64,000 nt of DNA, from contig OZ024745.1 in assembly GCA_964016885.1 (NCBI GenBank), positions 13,826,001-13,890,000 on the forward strand, given 5' to 3'. Positions within the stretch are counted from its first letter, which is position 1; every line of letters starts with the position of its first letter. The translations under genes and the position numbers were made by a program. A model generated the notes under the pieces. That model saw only the letters and a list, made by a program, of their open reading frames with translations. It ran no database searches and was not told the origin of the DNA. Positions 1-14,300 of this stretch are shown here, one piece after another. The stretch is from Eledone cirrhosa. Taxonomy: Eukaryota.

Positions 1-51
1 ACTGACTCTAAACCTTACCCTAACCATTAACCCTAATCCTAACTCAATAGG

Positions 52-190
52 TAGTATGTCTTGCTCAGATTCACTTGACTCTCTGTTGCCATCCAATTCT
101 ATTGTTCATCATATTCAGCAGGTCAGAGAGATTGCAATTTATGTCATCACAAATCTGCTTGATATAGGTCTTGGCTTGTCGTCCTCTACT
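52..190 (-). mobile_element. Degenerate RTE-type LINE ORF2 C-terminal fragment
   Basis: Minus frame reads RGRQAKTYIKQICDD...LLNMMNNRIGWQQRV, the typical RGRP..TY...DR..W tail. Confidence 0.6.
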
Positions 191-1051
191 AGCTCTAAAC
201 CCTACCCTAAATGCTTACCATAAATTTTTCTTTTTACTTTTATCGGAGGGGGTTGCAAAGTGTAATTTCCAATGTTTGAAACAGAAATCCAAAGAAATTT
301 TCTTGAAAATAATATAAAAACCAAAAATAGTTATAAGAGACTGTCTGAAGGTTGGTTCTAATTTATTTAATTAGTAATTTGATCATCCACTGAGGCAATG
401 TCTTCTCCATCCTGATGACTAGGACCATGAGGCATTTTGTCGCTTAAAATATGCTGCTAAGAAGGCTAGAGTGAATATAAGTGTGGTGAAGACAAATGCA
501 TGTAGAATTCTAATTTTAAAAAAATAGTAAGTCAAATTCTTAAAAGATTGTAGCTTGCAATCCCGGAAACTAGCACAACTCATTACTTTTAGCCCAATCT
601 GATAACTACCAAACAGTGGCGGACTAGGTCTAAAAATATTGGTTACCAGGAGATAAAGGGGGCCCACCCACATATAGAATGCTATGATTTAATTTTTATA
701 ATGAATAAATAACATTTTCAAAAAATACATAAGTGAAAACAAAACAGTGCAATCAAATTTTTGCAGAACAAAATGTGTATTTTTTTTACTAATTTTAGTG
801 TATATATACTGTATATATTACTGGCAGTATACAGTAATACTAAATGTTAATACAGAATGTTATAATTGAATTTTTAAATAATTGTGAGTGTATAGTATAT
901 TGTTATTTAGAGTAGAGTGTGCAAGTGATCGTTGTTACCTTCTCCAATAAAAAATATAAAGTACCTTGCGAAATATATTCACCCACTCACTCAATATATA
1001 TATCTGGGAGTGTGTGTACATGTACATATGTATATATAGATTTATACATAC

Positions 1052-1160
1052 ATGTTTTCAACCTGTACAAGGGACTTTAGACTGAAGAACTGACCACTAA
1101 TTGATTTTGCATATGTCTTTAACACATTGATATCAAAATTATTTGGCCAACAGCTTGTGT
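1052..1160 (-). CDS. Possible internal exon of an unidentified divergent gene (TSCWPNNFDINVLKTYAKSISGQFFSLKSLVQVEN)
   Basis: Complex-sequence island between microsatellites, bounded by acatag and gtatgt on the minus strand, with an open frame. Confidence 0.35.
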
Positions 1161-1203
1161 CTATGTGTAAGTATATATATATATATATGTGTGTATGTGT
1201 AAG

Positions 1204-1240
<37 letters not shown>

Positions 1241-1519
1241 ATCCATGTATGCATACATGAATGAATACAGTAAGCTATAAATGTAGACAACCAGTGATTC
1301 CAACTGTTAGCACTATCATATACTTTGGTTTCTATTAATTCCTAGGGAATTGTTTGACCAAATGCTTTGCTTATTTGTTTATTTATTTTTTAAAATTTGT
1401 TATGCTTTTTCTAAGACTTTTTTTAAAAGATATTTTTTGAAAGCAAAGCATTGGCCCCTAAAATATTACAGTGGGCCTTGCAATGAGAACAATCTTCAGG
1501 CTTTATTTTATTACTTTTA

Positions 1520-3405
1520 CACCTACAACAAGGTAACTTTGGTACTCATTACTGTCAGAAACTCCTGCCTCACCTCCTCTACACATGTTATTGTGTATCT
1601 GGCACCACCTACACCGAGGTAACTTTGGTACTCATTACTGTCACAAACTCCTGCCTCACCTCCCCCACATGTTATTGTGTATCTGGCACTACCTACACTA
1701 AGGTAACTTTGGTACTCATTGCTGTCAGAAACTCCTGCCTCACCTCCTCTACACATGTTATTGTGTATCTGGCACCACCTACACCAAGGTAACTTTGGTA
1801 CTCATTACTGTCAGAAACTCCTGCCTCACCTCCTCTACACATGTTATTGTGTATCTGGCACCACCTACACCAAGGTAACTTTGGTACTCATTACTGTCAG
1901 AAACTCCTGCCTCACCTCCTCTACTCATGTTATTGTGTATCTGGCACCACCTACACCAAGGTAACTTTGGTACTCATTACTGTTAGAAACTCCTGTCTCA
2001 CCTCCTCTACACATGTTATTGTGTATCTGGCACTACCTACACCAAGGTAACTTTGGTACTCATTACTGTCAGAAACTCCTGCCTCACCTCCCCCACACAT
2101 GTTATTGTGTATCTGGCACCACCTACACCAAGGTAACTTTGGTACTCATTACTGTTAGAAACTCCTGTCTCACCTCCTCTACACATGTTATTGTGTATCT
2201 GGCACCACCTACACCAAGGTAACTTTGGTACTCATTACTGTCAGAAACTCCTGCCTCACCTCCTCTACACATGTTATTGTGTATCTGGCACCACCTACAC
2301 CAAGGTAACTTTGGTACTCATTACTGTTAGAAACTCCTGTCTCACCTCCTCTACACATGTTATTGTGTATCTGGCACTACCTACACCAAGGTAACTTTGG
2401 TACTCATTACTGTCAGAAACTCCTGCCTCACCTCCCCCACACATGTTATTGTGTATCTGGCACCACCTACACCAAGGTAACTTTGGTACTCATTACTGTT
2501 AGAAACTCCTGTCTCACCTCCTCTACACATGTTATTGTGTATCTGGCACTACCTACACCAAGGTAACTTTGGTACTCATTACTGTCAGAAACTCCTGCCT
2601 CACCTCCCCCACACATGTTATTGTGTATCTGGCACCACCTACACCAAGGTAACTTTGGTACTCATTACTGTCAGAAACTCCTGTCTCACCTCCTCTACAC
2701 ATGTTATTGTGTATCTGGCACCACCTACACCAAGGTAACTTTGGTACTCATTACTGTCAGAAACTCCTGCCTCACCTCCTCTACACATGTTATTGTGTAT
2801 CTGGCACCACCTACACCAAGGTAACTTTGGTACTCATTACTGTTAGAAACTCCTGTCTCACCTCCTCTACACATGTTATTGTGTATCTGGCACTACCTAC
2901 ACCAAGGTAACTTTGGTACTCATTACTGTCAGAAACTCCTGCCTCACCTCCCCCACACATGTTATTGTGTATCTGGCACCACCTACACCAAGGTAACTTT
3001 GGTACTCATTACTGTTAGAAACTCCTGTCTCACCTCCTCTACACATGTTATTGTGTATCTGGCACCACCTACACCAAGGTAACTTTGGTACTCATTACTG
3101 TCAGAAACTCCTGCCTCACCTCCCCCACACATGTTATTGTGTATCTGGCACTACCTACACCAAGGTAACTTTGGTACTCATTACTGTCAGAAACTCCTGC
3201 CTCACCTCCCCCATACATGTTATTGTGTATCTGGCACCACCTACACCAAGGTAACTTTGGTACTCATTACTGTCAGAAACTCCTGCCTCACCTCCCCCAC
3301 ATGTTATTGTGTATCTGGCACTACCTACACCAAGGTAACTTTGGTACTCATTACTGTCAGAAACTCCTGCCTCACCTCCCCCACATGTTATTGTGTATCT
3401 GGCAT
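1520..3405. repeat. 86-bp satellite, about 22 copies
   Basis: aggtaactttggtactcattactg recurs at 1531, 1617 and onward; copies are highly similar. Confidence 0.97.
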
Positions 3406-4712
3406 TACTTATATATCAATATGTTTACACTTTGCAGTTGATCATCTCTGTTTTCATATCAAAGGAGAGCATAACAATTTATGAGATGTTGAAGTGAGGA
3501 ATGGTGCAAAAAAGTTTGGGAACCACTGAGTTAGGAGCACTTGCTACCTTCTTGAGATGACTTCGTCTTGCAGTGAATAAATAATGTCTTCAATTTTAAC
3601 TTTGAATAGCCCAGAGTATTGGATGGGACCTTTCAACTTCAATTACTTTATTAATAGCAAGTGGAAAAATAAATAAATAAATGAACGTCACTACTATTAT
3701 ACTTTATGTTAATGCAAGAAACGGATATCTATTGTTTGCTTTAATAATTATTGATCTATTGTATGTCAGAACTTGTTTCCTCTCGTATTTAATGCGCCTC
3801 GTATGAATAATGCTGCTTTTCGGAATTCTATAGCAGGATGGCATATTGTCGTTGATCACCGTCAGGAGTACTTAATACTTCTAGTGATTGGCAATTGTGG
3901 GTGGATATTTAGATATGGAATAAAAAATATATCGTGTTTTATTTTCAATCACCTCAGCCGTTTATATTCTAGTAAGTACATCCAGCTTCTTCTGTTGCAT
4001 CTTTTTTTTTCGTTATTGGTTATGATTTTTTTTGTGTGTTTAGACGTTTATATATATATATGTATTTTTTTAAAAACATTACTGGAAATCACAATCCATT
4101 AATATCAGAGAGAAGCCGACTTTTAGGTACATGATAATATCATATAACCGGAATAAGATACAGCTACAAAGATCTAGTAGTTGTGTTTCTTACGTCAATA
4201 GCCTGAGGCCTGTCAGTTGAACCTAGTGCAGCTTTCTCTATAATTAGAATGTGCTGATAATTACCGTCTTTGTTTTTACGGGAAGAATATATTATTGTCT
4301 AATTATATCTTCTGCTTGGCGGATAAACACTTTTCATAACAATTGCTAACGGTAAATATAATTTTTTGTTAACATTTTACTCATTCTAAACATCCTTATT
4401 CTCATGTCCATATGTCTGTAGGTTGTAAGATTCTGTACATGCCAGACTGTTGTAGTGTAGGCGTTTAGGAGTAACATGATAGTCGGAGGTCGAGAATCAT
4501 AATGTTTAGTGGTCACATAAAAGTGTCGTCTATCTTAACTTGTGTCGCTTAATATATATATATAGAGAGAGAGAGAAATGGCTTCTACACGACTAGAACT
4601 GTTTCATTCAAAAGAAATCATCAGGAAATACATTTCTATATTAACATGATGTTAACACTCTAGTAATGTATTGAGTACCTTACTAACTGTGGTTACCCCG
4701 ATTGAACCTGCG

Positions 4713-4781
<69 letters not shown>

Positions 4782-5249
4782 CATATATACACACACACAC
4801 AGTTATTTTATTTGGCTGTTGTATCTAACGTTACACGGCAGCATTACTATCCAGTTTATGCCGTGGAAATATATCTCGGATATATATATAGAATATTCGA
4901 TTTTGCGGCGACACGACACTGAACCACCTATACCATCTGTTCGATCGATACGCAGGAGGGACATTTTTAGATCAGTGTCTGACAAGAAATTGGAAATCCA
5001 TTACCTATTAATCTATATGAAAATATATTTGACCTCAAGTCCCGGTTTAATATTTTAAATGAACACTTATAGATACATCGTCTGCATATGTTGTAAGTCC
5101 TTGCTATTAGTTTCTCTTTCTAAAAAAGAAAAAATTAAATTAAAATTAGTTGCATAAGTCAGATGTAGCCTTATTTTTAATAAATAGGAGGTGGAGGTCA
5201 TATATGGAATGTTCGACATCAATATTTCATATTGGTGAACGTCTGAGCA

Positions 5250-5935
5250 CCTTCTTCTTCTTCTTAAGAGAGTCGTGGAGGCAGAGCCCTCAAACACTCC
5301 TTCCAGAGGGTCCTGTCAGAAGCAACCATCTCCAATTGATCCGGGTGGATCCCCAAGCGAGACCAGCCAAGCTCATGGATGTTTTCCAACCATCTTACTC
5401 AGGGTCTACCTCTGGGTCTCCTGCTGGTTGCTTTTGCCTATAAAATCTGTCCAGCGATTCTTTCCTGAGACATTCTAAGCACATGCCCATAGTATCGGAG
5501 CTGTGATCTCTCAATTCGCAGAAGAGCAACTCTACCTGGAGTGACTCTGATCTCCGAGCTACGCACTCTATCGAGTAACGTTACTCCAAAGACCTTTTGG
5601 AGGAACCCCATTTCGGTCGCTTGTATTCGCGATCGTATTCTTTCGGTCATTAATCAAGATTCATGGCCATAGGTAAGGGTTGGCAGAAAAACCGAATTGA
5701 AGATAGCTAGTTTGGTTTTTACACCTACCTCCCTTCTTTTGATTACAGAATGCTGAAGCTGGCGTATTACTGCACGAGCACCTGCAATTTTTGCACTTAA
5801 TTCAGCCTCCTGCTTTCCATTACTAGCAAACACAGCCCCGAAATACTTGAACTCCTCCACCTGCTTCAGTGGAACTCCATTCACATGTAGGGTGCACTGT
5901 GCAGGCTTCCTTGAGAGGACGCGTGTCTCATATAA
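5250..5935 (-). mobile_element. 5'-truncated RTE-clade LINE (family without PHD finger), frameshifted
   Basis: LKQVEEFKYFG, FLPTLTYGHES, IQATEMGFL, QLRYYGHVLRM; (GAA)n tail. Confidence 0.88.
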
Positions 5936-7199
5936 CATGGCACCTCTATGTTTAATTCAACAGAAAATAAAATCACGAACGTTCTGTATGAAATAATCGG
6001 CATATTGGTCACCTAATATATGTAATTTGATTCCTGTCGGTGAATTTATATATTTTTATTTTCACACATGTACACCGTTTAATATTATTTATTATTTTGA
6101 TCTTGTTGAACACAAGATTAGCTGTTATTTAATCTGAGTAGCAGTGTTCCCGCACCACGATAAAAGAGTTATGCTCTTTAATTTGATAAATAATCAGTCT
6201 ATTCTAAATGCAAGTTGTATAACTAATTAACACACACACACATACACACATACATAGACACGAACACACATACATAGACACGAACACACATACATAGACA
6301 CGAACACACACTCACGCGCGCACACACGCACACACACACACACATTATAGATAAAGTTTGGCAGAGTCTTATTTTATGGTTCTGTTAAAGTGAAAGTGAA
6401 CTTATAGTGTGGATTGGACGCTTTTTGACGTCTCACCTACACGACCACTTTACAGTGGGCTGGGTGCTGTTTGTTGTGCCTCCATCTCGACTACTTTATG
6501 TCACTAGATCTATCTATCTATATATATATATGTATATATTGTGTGTGAGTGTGTGTCTGTGCGTACGTGAATATGTATATTATGTTTTCACACTTGTTGC
6601 TTCAAAATATCTGATTCGTGCTACCTTTCTCAGAACTATGACAACATTGCAAAAACATTTTTTTTTTTTAAATAATAATAATAGTTTATGATTTCGGCAA
6701 AGTACCAACAATTTGTCCCTGCATGCCTACATATATTATACACCAATCTACTATACTACATACATATATTGTATGTAGAGACATCTACTACATGTGTACA
6801 TATATACACACATTATATACATACACATAACTACTAATATGCTGCATACATACACACGTACATACATACATACGTCTATTGCATACACTCTAATATCTAT
6901 TACATAAACACATATACATTACAGCATGGAAAGTGGACATAAAATTATGACACACACATTACATATTTACACATGCATAAATACATTCACACACACACAC
7001 ACACTGTGTGACAGTTTTAATTCAATAGAATTTTCAATGCTACATTATAATTTGCTGAATGAGGTTTATATGTTCTGAAAGTTTTAGCTACTGTCAATAC
7101 AGTAGTATTATTTTGAACTCGATCTTCTTCCTTATTTTATAGTATTTATGTTGTTACACCTCCTCGTATTACATATTCAGGTTTCTGTTTGCTACTGGT

Positions 7200-7470
7200 A
7201 CCATGAAACCCAGTATGATCTGCTACATGGTCGAGTGGTCAGTGACTAAACTGGCTCCCCCACCAAACAATGGACTGACCAGGCTTCTCTCTGCAATTAA
7301 TACCATGTAACCCAGTATGAACTGCTTCATGGTCGAGTGGTCAGTGACTAAACCAGTTCCCCCACCAGACAATGGACTGGTCAGGCTTCTCTCTACAATT
7401 AATACCATGTAACCCAGTATGATCTGCTTCATGGTCGAGTGGTCAGTGACTAAACCAGTACCCCCACCAG
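7200..7470. repeat. 102-bp tandem repeat, about 2.7 copies
   Basis: ccatg..acccagtatga at 7201, 7303 and 7405. Confidence 0.85.
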
Positions 7471-8388
7471 ACCCCTGGTCTGGTGAGGAGGGTAAGTGAA
7501 ACCCCAGCAGCACAAAAAAAAAAAGACAAGAGCTTTAAAAAGGGAAGGTGACCTCCTCAGAGTTAACAGCCATCCACCCCAACTATGGGTTAAATAGCTT
7601 CACCAATCCACAATTGGCCAATATTGGCCTTGATATGACCAAACAGAAGGTGGTGGAGGTCAACCAGGGAGGGGTTCTTCCAACAGGAATGTGTAGACAC
7701 TGGATTAGATTGAATTTTAGATCTGATCTATATTGAAAACTGGTTTAATTTAGACTGGTTTATTTTAATTTTAAAAAAATGTTTGACTTACTTCATATGC
7801 AGAACAAAGGAAATGTAGACTCTTTCATCTAGCATTCGACCAGAAAACCTCTCTATTGTACCTATTCTAAAACTGAGCTGCATGCACTTATAATTACTAT
7901 TATATATACACAATTTGTATATAATAGTAATTAAATAATTAGTGTAATTATTTTTGAAATAACATGTTTAATTAATATGTTGACATGAGTTAACAAAGTT
8001 AATAAAATAAAGATTATATTTCCATCCGGTTTCTCTGAAGGATAGCAGCCTTTCATGTTTGTTACACATATAAACCAATACCTCTCAAAATGTGGTTATT
8101 TTATCAATAATATCTGCTCAAATTCCAGATCTATTTTATGTTCCACTTTAATCTAATATTATTTTTTTCTGTATTTCACTTCTTGTTTTTTTACCTTGTT
8201 ATTGCTGTATTTACCTGAAGTTCTGACAATTATTCCATATTTCAAACTTCCTTTGCAGGACTTCTGCAAAAGAATTAAGCCATCTGCATATAGGGAAATA
8301 TAGTATTGGGAGTGTAGTATTGAATTAAAGTGAAATGAAAATAAAAAGTTGTATTTTGTAGCAGATTTTTAGTTATTTGACTTATAAT

Positions 8389-9981
8389 TTAACTCTTAAC
8401 ATCCTGCAATGATTCAGCAGAAAATATCTAACTGTTCATCATCATCATCATCATCATCATCACCGTTTTACGTCCGTTCTTCCACGCTAGCATGGGTTAG
8501 ACGGGTTGTCCTGTTGTGGGCAGTGTCTGGTCGGCTGACCATGCCTTGCTCATACAGGAACTGATTCTGGCTTGATTTCTACAGCTGGATGCCCTTCCTA
8601 ACACCAACCTCATTTAGAGTGAGTGCTGGGTGCTTTTTCGTGGCGCCTACACGTCCACTTTACAGTGTGGGCTGGGTGCTTTTTTTTGTCGTGGCACCTC
8701 CACGACCACCTTGCGGTGGGGGGTGTGGGGGCATATTGTCTATATGCTTCAGCTTGTACCCATGGGAGGTCGGGTACTCTGTATTACTGCGTGACGCCAG
8801 AAGTCACGGTCGTGTGTCATTGCCTTTGAGAGGTGTAATTGGGTAAGGTCGGCTTTTATCACCTCATCCCAGGTCATCTTGGGTCTCCCCACTCCGCGGT
8901 TTCCATCAACTTCTAGTGCTCTGCACCTTTTTATGCAGCTGTCATCCTTCATACGCATCACATGTCCATACCAGCGCAACCGCCTCTCCTGCACACAGCA
9001 TTTGATTCCTCTTATGCTCAGTCTCTCTCTCAATTCATTTATGCTTTGTCGTTCACGTATATTACTGTTACACATCCATCGGAGCATGCAGGCTTCGTTT
9101 CTCTCTAATCTACGTAAGTCTTCCACCTTCAGCGCCCAGGTCTCACTACCATGCAACATTGCTGTTCGGATACACGCATCATACAGTCTGCCTTTCATTC
9201 TGAGGGAGAAGCCTTTTGCAGCTAGCAGTGGTAGTAGTTCCCTAAACTTCTTCCATCCCGTTCTTACCCTAGTTATTGTACTTTCTGAACACCCACCTCC
9301 GCTGCTAATTCGGTCACCTAGGTAGCAGAAGCTGTCTACTATTTCTACAGAGCCCTCCCAGAGATTGGTGGTACTTGTTTCCTGTGGCTGTTTGCTGCTT
9401 GCTGTCTCAGCACAGCTGCTGCATGTGAAGCCTACATTCTTAATTAAGCTTCCTGAGATCCTGCTACATCTCTTGTGTACCCATTGTTTGCATTTGGGGC
9501 AGAGAATGGAGTTCCTACCTACACCTTTCCTACATACTGAGCAAGGCCATTTCCCTGAGGGGATCTGGGTTCTGTTTTCTCGTCTACTTACAAGGACCTT
9601 AGTCTTTGTCATGTTGACTTTGAGACCCTTTCTTTCTAGTCCCTGCTTCCAAGTTTGGAATTTATTCTCTAGTTCTACCATAGATTCAGCTATGAGTGCG
9701 AGGTCATCAGCATACAGGAGTTCCCATGGGCATCCGGTCTTAAACTCCTCCGTTATTGCCTGCAGGACTATGATGAACAGGAGGGGGCTAAGAACAGAGC
9801 CCTGTTGTGTCTATTAATTCAAATATTTGTAGTATCTTTACTAGAGGACAGATTGTTGTAACAATTTGTAACAATAGAGTAAAGACTTTAATTTTTAATA
9901 TGATGCAGTCACACTGCTGTTTGTACTTTTCAAGAATGTCTTGCTAATGTGGTTTCATATGGTACAGGAAGTTAAGAGTTA
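8389..9981. mobile_element. TTAA-flanked MITE (piggyBac-like ends) split by an RTE insertion
   Basis: Ends ttaactcttaacatcctg ... caggaagttaagagttaa; an uninterrupted reverse-complement relative lies at about 34146-34370. Confidence 0.7.
8437..9811 (-). mobile_element. 5'-truncated RTE LINE with PHD finger inside the RT; (ATG)n tail
   Basis: QGSVLSPLLF, LLYADDL, then ORF 8749-9681 (VDSFCYLG, MLHGSETW, RRLRWYGHVMR). Confidence 0.92.
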
Positions 9982-10035
9982 AAGGTTAAAATATTTATTT
10001 TTATATTTTTCACCCTCAGTTTTAACATTTGAACC

Positions 10036-10227
10036 ATGTTTGGGTCTACTGTGTATCCACAAGTATCTGAATATAGTGAGAGAAGAATTCCTCTTCGGGG
10101 TGCTAAAGGTTTCTCATACTTAACCCCATGTCCTTCACTGATCCATCCCTGGAATCGTGGGACCAATCTACTTCAAGACTTTGTAATGGTTACCGAATTT
10201 TCTGAACTTGAAGGACCAAAACCATTA
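10036..10227 (+). CDS. SMCR8: SMCR8 coding exon 1 (MFGSTVYP...EFSELEGPKPL)
   Basis: ATG follows an upstream acceptor (ccctcag); donor gtaagt at 10228; phase 0. Confidence 0.9.
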
Positions 10228-11245
10228 GTAAGTATCTTTCTTTTAAAATTATAACAATAAAATTATTGCATTCATTTCTACTATAACCCTTTAGCATTTA
10301 AACCAGCCGTATCCGGCCAGAACGCTCTCACCCCTTTCTGTCCAAACTGGTTGTAACCGGCCACTCGTACTGTTAAGGTATTGTTCTCAATAAGTAATAT
10401 CAAAATGTCATAGATTTGATATTATATGAGATAATTATGTGAAGTAAAGCCTTTATTATGAAAATATAATAGTAAATATAGAGTAATGTAAATGCTAAAG
10501 AGTTTTTTAAAAATTATACATTCCCCAGTTACATATTCTTTTGATCTTTTACTGCTTTTGGTCACTAGACAGAATTGAAGGTTTTGTAGCTCCAGTAGAT
10601 AAGTCAAATATTGGTTTTTCATGTCATATTTTCATGAAAAAAAGTGCAACTTATACACATATTGTCATATTTAGTATCAGACAGATAATCTAGCAATGGT
10701 GCTATAGAATTAGATTAAATGAAAATTGTCAAATATTTAAGTTTGAAATATAAAAATTACGCTACTATTTATCAAATGCATTTGATAAATAGTAGTGTAA
10801 TTTTTATATTTCAAACTTAAATATTTGACAATTTTCATTTAATCTAATTCTATAACACCATTGCTAGATTATCTGTCTTAGACTAAATATGACAACAGAG
10901 AAGGCAAACCATTAAATAATTAGAAAAAAAAAATATTAACTCAAATTTGGTTAATTTCTTTAAAGTTTTCTTCAAGTTCTTCATTTTTTTATATGCATAA
11001 GACACACCTGAACTCTCCACCTTGACCCCCACTCCCTACGTGCCTACTCCAACCCCACCCCAGTTTTTTTTTTTTCAAAACTCCAATGTTCTGACTTTTT
11101 ATCTCTCTCTGGATTCTCCATTTCCTGAAGAAGGACTTATGTCCAAAATGTCAAACCCTCTTCTACTTTTTTCTAAGCGTGAAACTAATGAGACTGTGTT
11201 TTTTTTGTATCTCTGTGTTTGTCTTGTCATTTCTTGAACTATATA

Positions 11246-11310
<65 letters not shown>

Positions 11311-14300
11311 CATAAAACAGTTGAATTTATGTGTTTATTTTTCTAGTTTGTCCAGCCATCTGAAGGAATTGGTCCTTTTGATATCAATGCCTTTGCAGTA
11401 AAAATCATGTCAGTTGACCATCAGCCCCCAAAAAAGTAACTACAAATTTTTATAGCTTTCTAAAATAATCTTCAAAATAATTGTTATTACAATAGAATAG
11501 GGAAGAGGTGTGAATTGGCAGAATCGGTAGAGCATTGGACAATATGCTTTACAGCATAGAGTTATGGCCCTTTATGTTCTGATTTCAAATCCTGTCGAGG
11601 TTAGCTTTGCCTTTCATTCTTACTGGGTTGATAAAATAAAGCACCAGTAATGTACTGGGGTCGATTTAATCGACTTTCGTCTCTCCAAAAAATTGTTCGC
11701 CTAAAATAGAAACCAACTTCAATATTACATCAGGCAAAAAAAAAGAAAAGAAAAATCTGTGTCTCACCTCTTGTTACATTCCTTTGTAATCTCCTTTGTG
11801 TAATTCAACATCCTGGTGTTAACCTTCATCACCTCTGCCCTAATCTTCTTTGGTCTTCCTCTTTCACAACTTCCACTTGAAACTCAATTCTCCACATCCA
11901 AATCTATTACATGTCCATACCAACACAATCTTCTCTCTTGCAATATTTCACTCTTTTTATATTCAGTTTTTCCTTCAACTAATCTGTGTTTTGTCATTCA
12001 TGCAACACATCCAGCAAGAATGGTGGCTTTGTTTCTTTCTAACCTTCACACATCCTCTTTTTTTATTTGGTAGGTTTGAAGGAAGGGGCAGTGCCCATGG
12101 CCTTCACAATCCTTCTAAAACCAGAGAGATTGATGTTGTTAATGCTACATGCAAACTGTGGAAGGTTCACTCCTTTAGGAAATATATGAGCACTGGAGAG
12201 AGTTCTGGAGAGCCAATGTTCAGGGGAGGAAAGACTGGATATAGTGGTTAGTGTGGAGGTTTGAACACAACAGAGATGATGAGGGGGAGGAGAGATGAGT
12301 AAGTTGGAAGTGCCTAAGTGGAGGTGGCATGAGACAAGTAAAATCTGATGAGCATAGACTATAGTAGTACATTAAAAGTGACGGGGAGAAGACTGCTAAC
12401 TTGTGGGCACGAGGCAAGAGAGTCACTGGGAATAATTGTATACAGATTATCATCATCATCGTTGTTTAACACCCATCTATCACGCTAGCATGGGTTAGAT
12501 GAGTTGTCCCATTGTGAGACAAGTCAGATCAGATGACTGTGTCTTGCTCATACAGAACTGTTTCTGGCTTGGTTTCTATGGCTGGATGCCCTTCCTAACA
12601 CCAACTACATTTACAGTGTGTATTGGGAGCTTGGTTTCTATGGCTGGATGCCCTTCCCAACACTAACTACATTTACAGTGTGTATTGGGAGCTTGGTTTC
12701 TATGGCTGGATGCCCTTCCTAACACCAACTACATTTACAGTGTGTACTGGGAGCTTGGTTTCTATGGCTGGATGCCCTTCCTAACACCAACTACATTTAC
12801 AGTGTGTATTGGGAGCTTGGTTTCTATGGCTGGATGCCCTTCCTAACACCAACTACATTTACAGTGTGTACTGGGAGCTTGGTTTCTATGGCCGGATGCC
12901 CTTCCTAACACCAACTACATTTACAGTGTGTATTGGGAGCTTGGTTTCTATGGCTGGATGCCCTTCCTAACACCAACTACATTTACAGTGTGTACTGGGA
13001 GCTTGGTTTCTATGGCTAGATGCCCTTCCTAACACCAACTACATTTACAGTGTGTACTGGGAGCTTGTTTTCTATGGCTGGATGCCCTTCCTAACACTTA
13101 CTACATTTACAGTGTGTACTGGGAGCTTGGTTTCTATGGCTGGATGCCTTTCCTAACACCAACTACATTTACAGTGGGTACTGGGAGCTTGGTTTCTATG
13201 GCTGGATGCCCTTCCTAACACCAACTACATTTACAGTGTGTACTGGGAGCTTGGTTTCTATGGCTGGATGCCCTTCCTAACACCAACTACATTTACAGTG
13301 TGTACTGGGAGCTTGGTTTCTATGGCTGGATGCCCTTCCTAACACCAACTACATTTACAGTGTTCTGAGAGCTTGGTTTCTATGGCTGGATGCCCTTCCT
13401 AACACCAACTATATTTACAGTGTGTACTGGGAGCTTGGTTTCTATGGCTGGATGCCCTTCCTAACACCAACTACATTTACAGTGTGTACTGGGAGCTTGG
13501 TTTCTATGGCTGGATGCCCTTCCTAACACCAACTACATTTACAGTGTGTACTGGGAGCTTGGTTTCTATGGCTGGATGACCTTCCTAACACCAACTACAT
13601 TTACAATGTGTACTGGGAGCTTGGTTTCTATGGTTGGATGCCTTTCCTAACACCAACTACATTTACAGTGTGTACTGGGTCTTGGTTTCTATGGCTGGAT
13701 GCCCTTCCTAACACCAACTACATTTACAGTGTGTACTGGGAGCTTGGTTTCTATGGCTGGATGCCCTTCCTAACACCAACTACATTTACAGTGTGTACTG
13801 GGAGCTTGGTTTCTATGGCTGGATGCCCTTCCTAACACCAACTACATTTACTGTGTGTACTGGGAGCTTGGTTTCTATGACTGGATGCTCTTCCTAACAC
13901 CAACTACATTTACAGTGTGTACTGGAGCTTGTTTTCGATAGCTGGATGCTCTTCCTAACACCAACTACATTTACAGCGTGTACTGGGAGCTTGGTTTCTA
14001 TGGCTGGATGTCCTTCGTAACACCAACTACATTTGCAGTGTGTACTGGGAGCTTGGTTTCTATGGCTGGATGCCCTTCCTAACACAAAACTACATTTACA
14101 GTGTGTACTGGGAGCTTGGTTTCTATGGCCGGATGCCCTTCCTAACACCAACTACATTTACAGTGTGTATTGGGAGCTTGGTTTCTATGGCTGGATGCCC
14201 TTCCTAACACCAACTACATTTACAGTGTGTACTGGGAGCTTGGTTTCTATGGCTGGATGCCCTTCCTAACACCAACTACATTTACAGTGTGTACTGGGAG

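Noticed and set aside
1-45. Telomere
   Set aside because: Only a few degenerate TAACCC-like units, internal and beside a LINE fragment.
419-673. 84-aa ORF or exon
   Set aside because: Overlaps a cagtggcgga...gggccc sequence resembling a DNA-transposon end; no recognisable protein.
1350-3484. Series of 69-117 aa ORFs
   Set aside because: By-products of the 86-bp satellite.
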